Shown in pieces: positions 19,706 to 21,511 of a stretch of 21,511 nt of DNA. The notes beneath the pieces are model-generated. The model searched no databases. It had not been told where the DNA came from and saw only the letters and a list, made by a program, of their open reading frames with translations. Within the stretch, counting starts at the first letter, position 1. Every line of letters starts with the position of its first letter. The translations under genes were made by a program, and so were the position numbers. Where the stretch lies: contig NW_021823902.1 in NCBI RefSeq assembly GCF_006345805.1, positions 1 through 21,511 on the forward strand. Direction: 5' to 3'. Origin of the DNA: Octopus sinensis. Taxonomy: Eukaryota.

Positions 19706-19872
19706 AGCATACAGCTCCAGGGCATCCTGCCTAGCCTGCTCCTTCTGCACTTTGTGTGACTCGACTGTCTGCTTCGACTCATCCCTCTGGGCTTCCATTT
19801 GTAACTTCAACAGGTCCTGGAAGTCTCCGCTGGTGTCAGAAGCAATGTCCATGTCAAGGGTTGTACCATACA
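19706..19872 (-). CDS. Annexin internal coding exon (end of repeat 2, linker, start of repeat 3)
   Basis: Acceptor ctctttcag| ends at 19873; donor GCT|gtaagt starts at 19705. 167 nt, phase 1 to 0. Reads [56 protein letters not shown], with annexin DTSGDF and RDE motifs. Confidence 0.93.
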
Positions 19873-19942
19873 CTGAAAGAGGTGCAGAGGTCAGAGGTTA
19901 GAGAATGGCTGGGGGGGTCATCAAAGGTCAGAACTGTAAAAA

Positions 19943-20395
19943 CTATCTTTCCTTTAACTTGCAAATACCCTCTTCCCAGGTTTGACGTGGTTTCATAGCA
20001 AAGAATTTATCAAGGTATCCTTTTACGTCATCCAAGGAATTGAAATTTTTACCATTAAGACTATTCTGCAGAGACCTGAATAAGTGGAAATCCGAAGGAG
20101 CAGTATCTGGTGAATATGGAGGGTGGGGTAACACATCCCAGCTGAGCTGCAGCAATTTTTGTCTGGTTCCCAAAGCATCAAGTGCTGAAAATGAACTTTC
20201 TTATCTTCCATTTTAAAGGGTTACAGAATTAACACAGGTTATAGGAACATAAACCTTCTTCCACGAAAAGATAGCTTAAACTGTGCTCTAAATGGAGGTG
20301 TAGTCAAATCCTATTTTATGGACTCAACCATGTTCTAAAATAAGTCGAAAGGTAAGCTACTATAAATCGGCACGAACTTTCCAGACAACCCAATA
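19943..20395 (-). mobile_element. Internally deleted, 3'-truncated mariner transposon
   Basis: Left end TA+TTGGGTTGTCTGGAAAGTTCGTGCCGATTT (20395-20364). ATG at 20211 gives MEDKKVHFQHLMLW, fused out of frame to TRQKLLQLSWDVLPHPPYSPDTAPSDFHLFRSL (mariner YSPDLAPxD motif). TAG replaces the W of the ERW motif; no right TIR seen. Confidence 0.92.
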
Positions 20396-21399
20396 TCTTG
20401 AGAGAAAAGCAGAGCTAGATTAAACTGGGCTCTAAATGGAGATGTAGTCAAATCCTTTTTTATGGACTCAACCATGTTCTAAAATAAGTCGAAAGGTAAG
20501 CTACTATGAATCGGCATGAACTTTCCGGACAACCCAATATCTTGAGAGAAAAGCACAGCTAGCTTAAACTGGGCTCTAAATGGAGATGTAGTCAAATCCT
20601 ATTTTATGGACTCAACCATGTTCTAAAATAAGTCGAAAGGTAAGCTACTATAAATTGGCACGAACTTTCCAGACAACCCAATATCTTGAGAGAAAAGCAG
20701 AGCTAGCTTAAACTGGGCTCTAAATGGAGGTGTAGTCGAATCCTATTTTATGGACTCAACCATGTTCTAAAATAAGTCGAAAGGTAAGGCTACTATAAAT
20801 CGGCACAAACTTTCAGACAACCCAATATCTGAGAGGAAAGCAGAGCTAGCTTAACTACACTCTAAATGGAGGTGTAGTCAAATCCTATTTTATGGACTCA
20901 ACCATGTTCTAAAATAAGTCGAAAGGTAAGCTACTATAAATCGGCATGAACTTTCCAGACAACCCAATATCTTGAGAGAAAAGCACAGCTAGCTTAAACT
21001 GGGCTCTAAATGGAGATGTAGTCATATCCTATTTTATGGACTCAACCATGTTCTAAAATAAGTCGAAAGGTAAGCTACTATAAATCAGCAAGAACTTTCC
21101 AGACAACCCAATATCTTGAGAGAAAAGCAGAGCTAGCTTAAACTGGGCTCTAAATGGAGGTGTAGTCAAATCCTTTTTTATGGACTCAACCATGTTCTAA
21201 AATAAGTCGAAAGGTAAGCTACTATAAATTGACATGAACTTTCCGGACACCCAATATCTTGAGAGAAAAGCAGAGCTAGCTTAACTGGGCTCTAAATGGA
21301 GGTGTAGTCAATCCTATTTTATGGACTCAACCATGTTCTAAAATAAGTTGAAAGGTAAGCTACTATAAATTGGCATGAACTTTCCAGACAACCCAAATA
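20265..21399 (-). repeat. Tandem array of eight 142-144-bp units derived from the mariner left end
   Basis: TIR-adjacent TA at 20394, 20538, 20682, 20826, 20968, 21112, 21255 and 21398. Confidence 0.95.
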
Positions 21400-21511
21400 A
21401 CAAGCCATATGTACAATCATTGGTACATATAGAAGATTTCTGAGGGCCAGCCTTAATACCAAATGACAGACCCATGCAAAAAAACCGGTTCTTTATGGTC
21501 ATCTTCCAAGA

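Larger units (their letters stand above)
11116..19872 (-). other. Annexin family gene, 3' portion (four exons, about 195 codons); 5' exons outside the window
   Basis: The four exons splice in frame (phases 1/0/1/0) into a continuous annexin core covering repeats 2-4. Subfamily cannot be assigned by eye. Confidence 0.92.

Noticed and set aside
19943-20211. Functional or domesticated (SETMAR-like) transposase exon
   Set aside because: Most of the ORF is deleted, the two parts are out of frame and there is a premature TAG.
20265-21399. CRISPR-like repeat-spacer array
   Set aside because: Whole units are repeated with no unique spacers, the context is a eukaryotic intron and there are no cas genes.

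Overview
Repeat-saturated eukaryotic genomic DNA. The SINE families and (TA)n/(CAT)n/(GGT)n load look like an octopus/cephalopod genome (recognition from memory, not a search). The only host gene is the 3' part of an annexin on the minus strand: four coding exons at 19706-19872, 17910-18087, 15217-15329 and 11116-11244. They have canonical GT-AG junctions and consistent phases, and encode the end of repeat 2 plus repeats 3 and 4. Earlier exons lie beyond the right edge of the window. The rest is tRNA-derived SINEs of several families, an L1/Tx1-type LINE relic, an internally deleted mariner, a Helitron-like element, MITEs/foldbacks and microsatellites. Most notable: (1) two Penelope-type minimal hammerhead ribozyme motifs 755 bp apart, sense to the annexin pre-mRNA within one intron; (2) an 8-unit, 144-bp satellite built from a mariner left end; (3) four degenerate echoes of the annexin's last codons and stop downstream of the gene; (4) three head-plus-headless tandem SINE arrays sharing the same junction.
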